Assembly (NCBI GenBank): GCA_963668025.2
Contig: CAXXTH010000003.1
Location: 32,001-96,000, forward strand
Reading direction: 5' to 3'
From: Candidatus Hydrogenedentota bacterium
Lineage (GTDB): Bacteria; Hydrogenedentota; Hydrogenedentia; Hydrogenedentales; SLHB01
Length of the DNA stretch: 64,000 bases
Part shown: one piece after another, positions 48,938-59,801 of the stretch
Layout: the number at the start of each line of letters is the position of its first letter
Position numbering within the stretch: the first letter of the stretch is position 1
The notes under the pieces: generated by a model
Seen by the model: the letters and a program-made list of their open reading frames with translations, nothing else
Database searches by the model: none
What the model was told of the DNA's origin: nothing
Program-made: the position numbers and the translations under genes

Positions 48938-51636
48938 CGAGTTCCTCCTTCTGTCTCCGTGAATACAGGAGCGGGATGGATGGCCTGATGGATCATCCTG
49001 CGCACGGCCTCCTGTTCTGATTCCTCAATTACCTTGCCGGACACCCCGCTGACATAAAACGAGTCTCGCACGCGCCGGGCGTCGGTGACGATGCGGGCCG
49101 TGGCGATGTCCAAGTTCGCCTCGGCGATGGCTCGAGTGATATCATACAAGAGCCCTGTGCGGTCGCCGGTCTGAATGTCAATAACCGTTTGCTGCCGTGA
49201 TGAGTGGTTATCGAAATCGATCCGAGTCTGCACCGGAATGCGCGGCTGCAATAGCGCGAAGAGCCGATGGCGGGAACGCTCGACATACTCCTGAATGCTC
49301 TTACCATCAAGCAGCACCTCTCCCAGCAACCGTTCTACGCTCTTCACTTGGGCGCGTGTCAACGGGCGGTGCTGCCTGGCGTCATTTACGGTAAAACAGT
49401 CTACCACAAACCCATCCGGGCGTGTGAATAGCGCCGCCGAGTTCACGTCGATAAGCTGGGATGAGAACGTGCCGGCAATCTGGAAAAAGAGCCCATGCCG
49501 GTCACGCGTGCAGATCACCATCTCGCTTAATCCGTTCATGGGATTCTCGGAACAACGCACGGCCAAGCCGGTTTGCTGCGCCTCCGCGATGCATTCCAAA
49601 TGTATCGCCACTTGCTCGGGACCAAACGCCATGAAATAGCGCTGTCCAAGCCCTTTCAAATGCGATTCGACTTGCTCTTGAAGGCCGCTCGGAACGCCTT
49701 CCCGGATGGCGACGGCTTTTGGGGAATTCCAGTACTCTTCATCGAAAGACTCAACGCGCCCCAGCAGGCGTTTCACCGTGCGCAGATACAGTTGGAGCAA
49801 TAGCGCGCCTTTCCACTCGCTCCAAACATTTGGCCCTACGGCGTAGAGATCACAAAAGGAAAGTAGAAACAAGGCGCGCAGCCGCTGCTCCGTCTTTACG
49901 GTTTCTGAGAATTGTTCCAGAATGTCTTCATCATCCGTATCACGGAATTGGCTGATGTTATTCATCAGCATGTGATGCTCGACAAGGAAGGCGATGCGTT
50001 CCGCATCTTCCTCAGGCAGGCCGATGCGCTGGCAGATGGCGCGCGAACGGATGACGCTCTCGGCCGCATGAATCTCTCCCGCTGCTTTCCCAAGGTCATG
50101 AAACAAGATGGCCATCACGAGGATATAGGGATCGGAGAGATTTTCGAGGGCCTCCCGCAAGCACCGCCCTACTGCGCCCCCTTCCATCTCAGGAAGCTTC
50201 CCAAGGGCTTCCACGGCCAGCAGCGTGTGCTCATCCACGGGATAATGATGGAAATCCTCATATCGAATTACGCCGCGTATTTCGCCATACTCGGGGATGT
50301 AGTTGGGCAATAAGCCGCTGGCGGCTGCTTGGCGCAGCGCTTTACCCGCTTGGAAAGGCAGGCTGCACAAGGCTAAGAAAAACCGTCGAACTAAATCGCT
50401 GGAACGGAACGTATCATTGACCAGGTGCAAATTGGCCACGACCAGGCGTTCCGAATACCGGCTAAGCTGCACTTGATGCCGCGCGCAGCGCCAATAGATC
50501 TCCATGAGGCGGGCAGGCGTATGGGCAAACCAGTTCGCATCTTGAAGCCCCACAAAGAGCTGGCCGTCCTGAATGATAAACCCCCGGGGCGAATCATCAT
50601 CGCGGTCTATAGCGTCCGTTGGGAAGGGGAAATTGCAGATGCGCACGACAATGCTGAGAAAGCGCCGCAATTTGCTCGCCGCGGCGTAATACTCCTGCAT
50701 GAACTGAAGGATGTTGGACTGATGGGCGCTTTCATAATCAAACGCCTTGGCCACGTGTTTTTGCCACTTGAAGGTGAGGAGATCCTCCGCGCTTCCCGCT
50801 TGAAAATGCAGTTCATTGCGGATACGCCAAATGAACTCCAGCGCTTCCGCGAATTCAAGCTGTTCCTCGGGCGTCAGCAATCCCTGGGCGACGGCCTCAT
50901 CCAGGCTGTCCACATCATGCGACATCATGAGTAGCCATAACGCCGTATGAAAATCACGCAAGCCGCCCGCATTCTCTTTGATATTCGGTTGTGGATTAAA
51001 AATATCCGTTTGCTCCTCCGGAAGGGCGTCGAAACGGTCATGCACTTTCTGCTCCACGAAGCGCTTGGCGAGAGGGCCTGCTTTGAGTTCTTGGATGAAC
51101 AGCTTCATGCGTGCGAAGACCGTGCTGTCCCCGCACACGATGCGCGCCTCGAGAAAGCTGGTGAACGCGTTCATATCTTCCTTAGCAAGTTGCTTGTTTT
51201 CTTTTATGCTGCGAATGCCATATCCCACCACAAAGCCCGAGTCCCAAAGGAAAGGAACAAGAAAACTATTGAGCTGCTTTATCGGCTCATCGAGCTTGCC
51301 GTCGTATAACAAGCAAACATCCAGATCCGAACAGGGGCTCATCTCGGCCCGGCCATATCCCCCCAAGGCGCATAAGCAAATGCGGGAGGTAACTGCACGG
51401 GGAATACACAAGACCGCCATGCCAAATTGGAAAACGCCCCGCAAAATCTCATCGGCGGTTTCCGAGATCATGCGGACGACATTACTGCCCGATTCGCCTT
51501 CCGCGTGGCGGCGGCGAATAGCGGCCCGGCGTTCTTCAGAAAATGCGCGGGTGGCTTCGAGGCATTCCTCCCGGGAGAGCGACGCACTGTCATCTTTGCG
51601 CGCAATAGCTGTCAGTTCTTCAAAACGTCTGGTCAT
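48934..51636 (-). CDS. glnD: [Protein-PII] uridylyltransferase/uridylyl-removing enzyme
   Basis: GGYGR...SDLD, NIKE..GGLRD, HHYPVDEH, HDLGK and two ACT domains. Confidence 0.93.
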   Translation of the reverse strand: MTRRFEELTAIARKDDSASLSREECLEATRAFSEERRAAIRRRHAEGESGSNVVRMISETADEILRGVFQFGMAVLCIPRAVTSRICLCALGGYGRAEMSPCSDLDVCLLYDGKLDEPIKQLNSFLVPFLWDSGFVVGYGIRSIKENKQLAKEDMNAFTSFLEARIVCGDSTVFARMKLFIQELKAGPLAKRFVEQKVHDRFDALPEEQTDIFNPQPNIKENAGGLRDFHTALWLLMMSHDVDSLDEAVAQGLLTPEEQLEFAEALEFIWRIRNELHFQAGSAEDLLTFKWQKHVAKAFDYESAHQSNILQFMQEYYAAASKLRRFLSIVVRICNFPFPTDAIDRDDDSPRGFIIQDGQLFVGLQDANWFAHTPARLMEIYWRCARHQVQLSRYSERLVVANLHLVNDTFRSSDLVRRFFLALCSLPFQAGKALRQAAASGLLPNYIPEYGEIRGVIRYEDFHHYPVDEHTLLAVEALGKLPEMEGGAVGRCLREALENLSDPYILVMAILFHDLGKAAGEIHAAESVIRSRAICQRIGLPEEDAERIAFLVEHHMLMNNISQFRDTDDEDILEQFSETVKTEQRLRALFLLSFCDLYAVGPNVWSEWKGALLLQLYLRTVKRLLGRVESFDEEYWNSPKAVAIREGVPSGLQEQVESHLKGLGQRYFMAFGPEQVAIHLECIAEAQQTGLAVRCSENPMNGLSEMVICTRDRHGLFFQIAGTFSSQLIDVNSAALFTRPDGFVVDCFTVNDARQHRPLTRAQVKSVERLLGEVLLDGKSIQEYVERSRHRLFALLQPRIPVQTRIDFDNHSSRQQTVIDIQTGDRTGLLYDITRAIAEANLDIATARIVTDARRVRDSFYVSGVSGKVIEESEQEAVRRMIHQAIHPAPVFTETEGGTR

Positions 51637-52050
51637 GTTGTTCCTTTTTTCTACGTTTAATGCAGCCAGGCCGCTAATTTAACGTATAGGCAAATAATGC
51701 TTTATATTCCTTGCCACCAGCCAATTCCGCGTATTGCATACAAATAGCACAAAAACACGTATGCGTGAATTGAGCAGCCCTATCTTTGAGCTATTATACT
51801 GCAAGAAAAAAACACCGGGGGGAGGATAACAAAAACGCCAAGTTATTCCCAGCACTGAGCTTGGCTTCATCTTTCAATTGCTGCCAGGCCTATTAATTGG
51901 CCGCCGCGCCGCCGCTGTTCAGTTGTTTTTACATTCCTGCCCCTCCAACTTTATCAGGCGCGTGGCGCAGTTTCAAAAGCACACCCACAATGGATGGCAG
52001 CTATGTTCTTGAGCATATGAATTTCCTGGCATGGTGAAGAAAGTAAAAAT

Positions 52051-52070
52051 ATAGTTGCGTTCGCAAGCAT
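52051..52070 (+). promoter_or_regulatory. Candidate MarR-type operator
   Basis: Imperfect palindrome ATAGTTGCGTTCGCAAGCAT upstream of an efflux operon that ends in a MarR gene. Confidence 0.4.
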
Positions 52071-52339
52071 TATTCAGTATGATAATTGCCATTGTAAAAT
52101 AAAACGGAGAGACAACCATGGAGCACTAGAAACTCTATGGGAAAAGCGGCGCCGTTAAAAATGATTAAAGAAATCAAGCGGCAGCGCCTACAAACGGCGT
52201 GGCTCTTTTCGCAGAAAATAGGCATGGGCTGCGCAAGGAAGCGGGGTATTATAAAATTTATATGCATGGACTGAATACAATATAGATGCTTGTGTTGTTG
52301 GTAAGAGTGAGTATTTCGATGAAGATCATGGAGGTGAAT

Positions 52340-53563
52340 ATGCAGGCTAGGCACAGAAGCAAACGCTTCATCGCCTTGGGCGCACTTGTGATTGGCATTA
52401 CGCTGATCGGTTACACGGGAGCGGCTGGAGGCGCGGAGCCTTCCAAAGAGGGAGAAGTGGCACCCCCCCCGCCTGAAGTGGCCGCCATAATTGTCCAGCC
52501 CGAAAAGGTCACCTTGACTACCGAATTGCCTGGACGCACCTCGGCATATCTTGTGGCTGAAGTGCGGCCTCAAGTGAACGGTATCGTGCAAAAACGCCTG
52601 TTTGAGGAAGGAAGCAATGTCAAGGAGGGCGATGTCCTTTATGAGATTGCCCCAGCGCCATATCAGGCCGCCTACGACCTCGCGGTTGCCGCTCTCACCC
52701 GGGCGGAAGCCAATGTGCCTCCGATCGAATTGCTGGCCCAACGGCAGAAAGATTTGGTTCCGACCGGAGCCGTTGGCCAACAAGCATACGACGAGGTGAT
52801 CGCCAAGTTGAAACAGGCCAAGGCCGAAATCGAGTACAATAAAGCCGCAATTGAGAGCGCCCGTATTAACTTGGAATATACCCACGTTACGGCTCCGATT
52901 TCCGGGCGAATCGGCAGGTCCAACGTGACCGTGGGCGCGCTTGCTACTGCCTATCAGGGGCCTGCGTTTGCAACGATTCAACAGCTTGATCCAATTTATG
53001 TGGATGTGACTCAATCCACTACTCAAATGCAGCGTCTGCAGACCCGCCTCAAGGAAGGCCAGCTCAGCCATGACGGGGCCAATGTAGACAAGGTTCAGCT
53101 CATTTTAGAAGACGGCTCGGCGTATGCATCCGAAGGAACCATGCAATTCCGAGATGTTACCGTCGATCCCACCACGGGTTCGGTCACCCTGCGCATACTC
53201 TTCCCAAATCCGGATGAAGCTCTTCTGCCGGGCATGTTTGTTCGCGCCGTGGTGACGGAAGGGATCAACGAACAGGCCATTCTGGTTCCCCAACAGGCCG
53301 TTTCACGCAATCCGAAAGGAAACCCCTTGGTTCTGCTCGTCAATGCAGAAGGTAAAGTCGAACAACGAATGCTTACCCTAGACCGCACTATGGGCGACAA
53401 ATGGCTCGTTTCAGAGGGGCTGGCTCCCGGAGAGCAAGTGATCGTCGAAGGTTCACAGCGGGTGCGCCCTGGCGCAGCCGTGAAGGTTATTCCCTGGGAG
53501 GGGGATAAAGCCCAGCCTTCTGCACCCGAAAACACTTCCAATCCTGCGGCTAAAGCGAACTGA
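52340..53563 (+). CDS. RND efflux periplasmic adaptor (AcrA/MexA-like)
   Basis: ELPGRT, AEVRPQVNGI, APISGRIG and LLPGMFV motifs; GGAGGTG RBS. Confidence 0.93.
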   Translation: MQARHRSKRFIALGALVIGITLIGYTGAAGGAEPSKEGEVAPPPPEVAAIIVQPEKVTLTTELPGRTSAYLVAEVRPQVNGIVQKRLFEEGSNVKEGDVLYEIAPAPYQAAYDLAVAALTRAEANVPPIELLAQRQKDLVPTGAVGQQAYDEVIAKLKQAKAEIEYNKAAIESARINLEYTHVTAPISGRIGRSNVTVGALATAYQGPAFATIQQLDPIYVDVTQSTTQMQRLQTRLKEGQLSHDGANVDKVQLILEDGSAYASEGTMQFRDVTVDPTTGSVTLRILFPNPDEALLPGMFVRAVVTEGINEQAILVPQQAVSRNPKGNPLVLLVNAEGKVEQRMLTLDRTMGDKWLVSEGLAPGEQVIVEGSQRVRPGAAVKVIPWEGDKAQPSAPENTSNPAAKAN

Positions 53564-53575
53564 CGGAGACGCATA

Positions 53576-56500
53576 ATGTTATCAAGATTCTTTCTACAGC
53601 GCCCGGTGTTCGCTTGGGTCATCGCCATTGTTTTGATGGTGGCAGGCGCTCTAGCCATTTTCAAGCTCCCCATATCCCAGTATCCTCCTATCGCCCCCCC
53701 GTCGATTTCCATCAGTTCCTTTTATGCGGGAGCGTCGGCTGAAACTGTAGAGAATAGCGTCACCCAAATCATCGAACAGAAGATGACCGGTTTTGACAAG
53801 ATGCTCTATCTATCGGCTAGCAGTGATTCGTCTGGCTCCTCACGCGTGGAGTTGACCTTCGAGCCGGGAACGGATCCTGATCTCGCTTGGGCGCAAGTGC
53901 AGAATAAGCTCCAACTGGCCATGGCCAGCTTGCCGGAGGTAGTGCAGCGCTCCGGTGTAAAGGTGAGCAAAAGCACCCGCAACTATCTCATTGTCGTCGG
54001 CCTGGTATCGGAAGATGGCAGTATGGATGGGAATGATCTGCGGGACTATGCCGTATCCAGTCTAGAGAAAGTGCTTTCCCGGGTGCCTGGGGTGGGCGAG
54101 GTGGAGATCTTCGGCAGCCAATATGCCATGCGCGTCTGGGTGAACCCAGACAAGCTGACCGAATACCAGATGACGGTTCAGGATGTGGTCACGGCGCTGA
54201 AAGCCTATAACGTCCAGATCTCCGCCGGGCAATTCGGCGGAACGCCCGCTATCGAGGGCCAGCGCATGAATGCCGCCATTATCGTCCAAAGCTTGCTCAA
54301 GACTCCCGAGGAATTCGCATCGATTCCCCTGCGCATCAATCCAGATGGCTCCATCGTGCGGATTTCAGATATAGCACGGGTGGAACTCGGGACGGAAACC
54401 TATGACGTTGAAGTCTTTAATAATGGCAGGCCTTCCACGGGTATGGCGATCCGGCAAGCCGCAGGGGCGAATGCGCTGCAAACGGCTGATAATGTCCGCG
54501 CCAAACTGGCGGAGATGAGCAACTTTTTCCCGCCAGGCATGAAGGTGGTGTACCCCTATGACACCACTCCTTTTGTGCGTGTGGCGATCAAAGAAGTGGT
54601 CAAAACACTTTTTGAAGCAATCTTCTTAGTGTTTCTGGTGATGTATCTGTTCATGGGAAACATGCGGGCCACCCTGATCCCGACCATCGCCGTGCCTGTC
54701 GTTATCCTTGGAACCTTCGCTATCCTCGGATTGTTTGGTTATTCCATCAACATGCTGACGATGTTTGGCATGGTATTGGCCATAGGACTCTTAGTGGACG
54801 ACGCTATTGTCGTGGTGGAAAACGTCGAACGAATCATGGCCGAGGAAGGGCTGCCCCCGTTTGAAGCCACCCAAAAATCCATGGACCAAATCACCAGCGC
54901 GCTCATCGGCATCGGGCTGGTGCTGTCGGCTGTGTTCGGGCCGATGGCCTTTTTCACCGGTTCCACGGGCGTCATCTATCGCCAGTTTTCCGTGACGATT
55001 ATTGCATCCATGCTTCTCTCCGTGGTGGTGGCCTTGGTTCTCACCCCGGTGCTGTGCGCCTCGCTTCTCAAGCCGGTGCCCAAGGGGCACGAACCGGCGG
55101 AAGGCGGCTTCTGGCTTTTCCGGCCGTTCTTCCGGTGGTTTGACCGTTCCTTTTATGGTTTTAGGGCATTGTATCTAAAACTGGTATCCCATTCCTTAGC
55201 AAGGAAATTCCGATTCCTCGTGATCTTTTTGCTCATTGTGGTGGCGATGGGATATCTGTTCAAACGCATGCCCTCCGCCTATCTGCCGGATGAGGACCAA
55301 GGCATACTGATGATGCAGGCATTACTTCCCGCGAACTCGACCATCGAGCAGACCAAAGCGGTGCTTAAAGAAGTGCAGGATTACTTTCTGGAGAACGAAA
55401 AAGAGGCCGTGGACAGCGTGATGATGATCTCGGGTGCGAGCTTTTCTGGCCGGGGACAAAACTCGGGCATGGCTTTTGTACGCCTGAAGGATTGGGAGTA
55501 TCGCGAACGGCCGGAACTGAAAGTAACTGCCGTGGCTCAAAGAGCGATGGGCAGGTTCTCTCAAATTCGAAACGCCATGGTGTTTGCATTCGCGCCACCA
55601 GCCGTTATCGAATTAGGGCAGGCGAAAGGCTTCGATTTTGAGTTGATTGACCGGGGCGGCTTAGGCCATAACGAACTAATGGCGGCCCGCAATCAACTCC
55701 TCGGCATGGCTGCCAAGGATCCCGCATTGGCCAAAGTCCGCCCTAATGGCTTGGAAGATGTGCCTGAATACCGGATCGATGTGGATTGGGAAAAGGCCGG
55801 TGCGCAGCAAATACCGATTTCCTCGATCCATAATACGATCTCGGCGGCTTTCGGCAGCGCATACGTGAACGATTTCATTCAAGCCGGCCGGGTCAAGAGG
55901 GTCTATGTGCAAGCAGACGCCCCCTACCGCATGTTGCCGCAAGACCTCGAAAAGCTCTATGTGCGTAATAATGCAGGCAACATGGTGCCTTTCTCGTCGT
56001 TTGCATCCGGCCACTGGACTTCCGGTTCTCCAAAACTGGAACGCTTCAATGGCTTCCCATCCCTGAATATTCTAGGTGAGTCGGCGCCGGGAAAAAGCTC
56101 CGGTGAGGCCATGGCGGCGATGGAAAAGATTGTGAGGCAACTGCCGCAAGGAATCGGTTATGACTGGACCGGCCTTTCTTATCAGGAGCGGCAGGCGGGC
56201 GCGCAGGCGGCTCCGCTATACGCCTTTTCCATTCTGGTGATCTTCCTTTGTTTGGCGGCTCTCTACGAAAGCTGGCCGATCCCCATTTCGATCCTTCTAG
56301 CTCTGCCGCTGGGCGTGATCGGTGGCGTGATTGGTTCGAGCCTGCGAGGATTGCCCAATGATGTCTATTTCCAGATCGGCCTGCTGACCACGCTCGGCTT
56401 GACTACAAAGAATGCGATTCTGATCGTGCAGTTCGCAAAAACGCGCGTAGACGAAGGGATGGGGCTGATGGATGCAACCTTGGAAGCAGCAAAACTGCGG

Positions 56501-56749
56501 TTGCGTCCGATCATCATGACCTCGCTCGCATTTGGGTTCGGTGTTCTACCGCTGGCGATGGCGGACGGGGCGGGAGCCGGCGCTCAGAAGGCAATCGGCA
56601 CCGCCGTGCTGGGAGGCGTGGTGACCTCGACTTTCCTGGTGACCCTGTTCGCCCCGCTCTTCTATGTGTTGATTCAAAACACCTTTGGGAAAAAGAGCAA
56701 GCAACAAACGGTCATAACAGACAAGCCAAATCCGCCCGAGGCCGTCTGA
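53576..56749 (+). CDS. HAE1 RND efflux permease (AcrB/MexB-like)
   Basis: RPVFAWVIAI, GLLVDDAIVVVENVER, KNAILIV and RLRPIIMTS motifs. Confidence 0.96.
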   Translation: MLSRFFLQRPVFAWVIAIVLMVAGALAIFKLPISQYPPIAPPSISISSFYAGASAETVENSVTQIIEQKMTGFDKMLYLSASSDSSGSSRVELTFEPGTDPDLAWAQVQNKLQLAMASLPEVVQRSGVKVSKSTRNYLIVVGLVSEDGSMDGNDLRDYAVSSLEKVLSRVPGVGEVEIFGSQYAMRVWVNPDKLTEYQMTVQDVVTALKAYNVQISAGQFGGTPAIEGQRMNAAIIVQSLLKTPEEFASIPLRINPDGSIVRISDIARVELGTETYDVEVFNNGRPSTGMAIRQAAGANALQTADNVRAKLAEMSNFFPPGMKVVYPYDTTPFVRVAIKEVVKTLFEAIFLVFLVMYLFMGNMRATLIPTIAVPVVILGTFAILGLFGYSINMLTMFGMVLAIGLLVDDAIVVVENVERIMAEEGLPPFEATQKSMDQITSALIGIGLVLSAVFGPMAFFTGSTGVIYRQFSVTIIASMLLSVVVALVLTPVLCASLLKPVPKGHEPAEGGFWLFRPFFRWFDRSFYGFRALYLKLVSHSLARKFRFLVIFLLIVVAMGYLFKRMPSAYLPDEDQGILMMQALLPANSTIEQTKAVLKEVQDYFLENEKEAVDSVMMISGASFSGRGQNSGMAFVRLKDWEYRERPELKVTAVAQRAMGRFSQIRNAMVFAFAPPAVIELGQAKGFDFELIDRGGLGHNELMAARNQLLGMAAKDPALAKVRPNGLEDVPEYRIDVDWEKAGAQQIPISSIHNTISAAFGSAYVNDFIQAGRVKRVYVQADAPYRMLPQDLEKLYVRNNAGNMVPFSSFASGHWTSGSPKLERFNGFPSLNILGESAPGKSSGEAMAAMEKIVRQLPQGIGYDWTGLSYQERQAGAQAAPLYAFSILVIFLCLAALYESWPIPISILLALPLGVIGGVIGSSLRGLPNDVYFQIGLLTTLGLTTKNAILIVQFAKTRVDEGMGLMDATLEAAKLRLRPIIMTSLAFGFGVLPLAMADGAGAGAQKAIGTAVLGGVVTSTFLVTLFAPLFYVLIQNTFGKKSKQQTVITDKPNPPEAV

Positions 56750-56848
56750 AATGAAGACGAGTGCGTTCGCTCCGCCTTCATTGCCGTCGTTGCGTGCGGT
56801 TTTACTTAGTAGTGCTATTTAGGCTATTCAAAGGGAAAAGGCGCAAAT

Positions 56849-58453
56849 ATGAAAACCATTCATCTGTTGGCAATGGCCGCCACAGTCACTCTAGTATCCG
56901 GTTGTATGCTCGGCCCCGGCTACAAGCGGCCCGATCTTTCTGTACCGAAACAGTGGAGCGAGCCACTGGCGGGAGGCGAATCCGGCAAGACGCCCACGCA
57001 AGAAGAGTGGTGGGCGTCTTTCGGCGACACAACGCTAGATTCCTTAATCAAGCGCGCGATGGCCGATAGTTTCGATCTGCGTATTGTCGAAGCACGCCTG
57101 AAAGAGGCGCGGGCGCTCGAAGATATATCGGGCGCGGCGCTGTGGCCGCAGGTCAACGCCGCCGCCGCTTATCAGCGTTCCCAGGCCAGGAAAAGCGACA
57201 CGTCGTCCAGCGCCGGCATCAGCGCGGTGACCTTGACGCAGAATGGCCTATCGGTCACCAGCGCCGCGCCTGGCCCCTTCGGGACAAGGCTTTCCTCCAC
57301 GGGCGGCAGCAATACAAGCCTTACTATCAGCCCAGGGGCAAAAGCCCCCGAACGCCAGAGTGATTTTTTCCAGACGGGCTTTGACGCCAGTTGGGAACTA
57401 GATGTCTTTGGCGGGATTCGACGCGGGCAGGAAGCATCACGAGCGGACACGGAAGGTGTCGAAGAGATGCAACGGGACGTGCTGATCTCCGTGGCCGCCG
57501 AGGTGGCTCGAAACTACTTCAATTTGCGGTCTGTTCAGAGCAGGCTTGACACGGCAAAAAAGAATATTGACGCCCAAACGCAGAGTCTTGACTTGGCGCG
57601 TTCCCGGTTCCAGGCTGGGCTCACGGGGGAATTGGATGTCAAAACCGCCGAAGCGCAGTTAGCATCCTCCAAATCCGTCCTGCCCAATCTTGAGGCATTC
57701 GTTCAGATGACTATCCATCGGCTGGGCGTCCTTATTGGAGACGCGCCAGGCGCGCTGCAAGAGGAACTCGCCCCAAAAGCTCCGCTGGCCCCCGTTCCAC
57801 TTGAAGTGCCGGTGGGGTTGCCTGCTGACATCCTGCGCAACCGTCCTGATGTACGAGAAGCCGAACGCGCTGTAGCTGCCGCTACGGCCCGGATAGGTGT
57901 TGCCGAAGCGGACTTATATCCGCATTTCATATTGGGGGGCTCACTGACCGGCTCGAGCACGGAATTTGAAGGCATTACCCGCGGAGCGAACCGATTGTGG
58001 TCCTTTGGCCCAGAGATTCGCTGGCCCATCTTCGATGGCGGACGCATCCGCGCCAATATCCAAGTGCAAAACGCCCGCCAGGAACAGGCCATCACGGCCT
58101 ACGAACAAACAGTGATGCTGGCGTTGGAGGATGTAGAGAACGCATTGGTGGCCTACGCCAAGGAACAGAACAGCTTGATTTCATTGAACGAAGCTGTCGA
58201 AGCCAACCAGCGCGCCCTCGAGCTTGCGAAGCAGCTTTATGCCAACGGTTTGATTGATTTCCTCAATGTGCTCGACAGCGAACGCTCTCTTTTTGCCATT
58301 GAGGACCAACAGTTACAGAGCGAGGCGCTCGTCCTTACCAATCTCGTGGCCCTGTACAAAGCGCTTGGCGGCGGGTGGGAAAAGGCGTATCCCGAAAGAC
58401 TAGAGCAAAATGGCGCGGCTGCGCTTGAGGCGGTAAACTCACTTGCGCGCTAG
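56849..58453 (+). CDS. Efflux outer-membrane lipoprotein (NodT/OprM family)
   Basis: Lipobox VSGC; SWELDVFG, RPDVREAE and LYKALGGGW motifs. Confidence 0.93.
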   Translation: MKTIHLLAMAATVTLVSGCMLGPGYKRPDLSVPKQWSEPLAGGESGKTPTQEEWWASFGDTTLDSLIKRAMADSFDLRIVEARLKEARALEDISGAALWPQVNAAAAYQRSQARKSDTSSSAGISAVTLTQNGLSVTSAAPGPFGTRLSSTGGSNTSLTISPGAKAPERQSDFFQTGFDASWELDVFGGIRRGQEASRADTEGVEEMQRDVLISVAAEVARNYFNLRSVQSRLDTAKKNIDAQTQSLDLARSRFQAGLTGELDVKTAEAQLASSKSVLPNLEAFVQMTIHRLGVLIGDAPGALQEELAPKAPLAPVPLEVPVGLPADILRNRPDVREAERAVAAATARIGVAEADLYPHFILGGSLTGSSTEFEGITRGANRLWSFGPEIRWPIFDGGRIRANIQVQNARQEQAITAYEQTVMLALEDVENALVAYAKEQNSLISLNEAVEANQRALELAKQLYANGLIDFLNVLDSERSLFAIEDQQLQSEALVLTNLVALYKALGGGWEKAYPERLEQNGAAALEAVNSLAR

Positions 58454-58491
58454 AGCCGCATCCTATTGGCAAAGATCCATTATTATGATTT

Positions 58492-59064
58492 ATGAAGGGA
58501 GTTACTGGCCTACATAAGGAAAAAGAAATGCCCAGAAAAAAGCCATTGGCGTCGAAGATTGCTCCGTCCAGTATGGAAGAACGCATTAACGTGCTGAAAC
58601 GGAATCACGACCGTTTCTTGGTTCGCCTCATGTCATCCATTTCACGCACCTGCATTATGTACGGCTCCAAAGCGATAAGCCATTTCGGCATCAGCATGAG
58701 CCAGGCAATTGTACTGGGGGAACTATTCAGTAAAAATGGGTGCCGCCAGGATGATCTGCGTGTCTTTGTCACACTCGACAAAGGAAATATCACTCGCGCC
58801 CTTCAACGGCTGGAAGAATATGGACTCGTTCAACGCAGGCAAGATCCCGTGGACCGGCGCGTAGTCCGAGTGTATGTCACCAGAAAGGCCCTTTCGATAG
58901 AACTTGAAATGTATGCGCTTGCCACGCTTTTAGACGACAAACTTACTGCGGGATTCACGCAGGAGGAACGTGAAACATTAGTTACTCTCCTGCTTCGGAT
59001 AGATGCAAACGCCAAGGCTATGGCCAAAAAAAATGAGGTTCAATCGGACTGCAAAGAGAATTAA
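58492..59064 (+). CDS. MarR-family regulator
   Basis: DKGNITRALQRLE..GLV.R..DP.DRR; an alternative start lies at 58528. Confidence 0.88.
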   Translation: MKGVTGLHKEKEMPRKKPLASKIAPSSMEERINVLKRNHDRFLVRLMSSISRTCIMYGSKAISHFGISMSQAIVLGELFSKNGCRQDDLRVFVTLDKGNITRALQRLEEYGLVQRRQDPVDRRVVRVYVTRKALSIELEMYALATLLDDKLTAGFTQEERETLVTLLLRIDANAKAMAKKNEVQSDCKEN

Positions 59065-59801
59065 AACAGTCCTGGTTTATTGACAAGGACTAAATTGCTT
59101 ATTGGAACCCATCCGCGTTTGCCCTGTTCCGTTGCAATGCGCGCCCATTCTCCCCGGAGCCGCTCCACTCGCACGCGATCTCCTTCGTGCAGTTCAAATC
59201 GGACCGGCTCCATGGAGCTGGCTCCATAATGCACCGGCAAGATGTCCGCGTTCGCCACCGCCAACGATGCGGGATGTGCTTTAACCCATGCCGAACAAAT
59301 GAACGCCAGCGCACAAAACGCCAATATAACCGTTGCTCCACGGAGATACCGTATCGAGCGCCAGCAACGTATCGCCAGCGCCGCCCAAAATCCCCACCAG
59401 GCCGCCATCGCGGCCAGATACGCCGTGCTGGGAGCCAGCGCCGCATGCCAGAAAAACAGTATGCGTTCCCAATCCGGCGGCGCGGGCGGCTCCATTTTGT
59501 CTTGAGTGTGTTGAACGCATTGGGCCAGATTGCTCCGGGCGCTATCCATTCCAGGTTCGAGCTGTAATGACCGTTCGTAATTCGCAATAGCAGGCGCTAA
59601 ACGCCCCAAGCGGTAATCGCAGTTGCCTAAGTTATAATAGATAGCGGCGTTTGCCTCGCATTCCGCCTCCAGTTCCGAAAACAAGCTGGACGCCGCCTCA
59701 TACTCATCCTGGGCATACAGCTCTACGGCGCGGTCGAATAGCTCCTGATGCGGTGATGCGGCGGCGAACGCGATAGTTATTGCGGCCAGGGCAAACATCA
59801 C
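59061..59801 (-). CDS. batE: BatE-like TPR/SH3 protein
   Basis: YYNLGN...AIANYERS; TM helices; C-terminal LHEG...GWV. Confidence 0.75.
   Translation of the reverse strand: MMFALAAITIAFAAASPHQELFDRAVELYAQDEYEAASSLFSELEAECEANAAIYYNLGNCDYRLGRLAPAIANYERSLQLEPGMDSARSNLAQCVQHTQDKMEPPAPPDWERILFFWHAALAPSTAYLAAMAAWWGFWAALAIRCWRSIRYLRGATVILAFCALAFICSAWVKAHPASLAVANADILPVHYGASSMEPVRFELHEGDRVRVERLRGEWARIATEQGKRGWVPISNLVLVNKPGLF

Noticed and set aside
52107-52129. GGAGA RBS followed by the mini-ORF MEH*
   Set aside because: It could be a gene remnant or leader peptide, but no homology is recognisable in any frame.
52070-53071. 333-aa minus-strand ORF
   Set aside because: It is an antisense shadow of the efflux adaptor gene.
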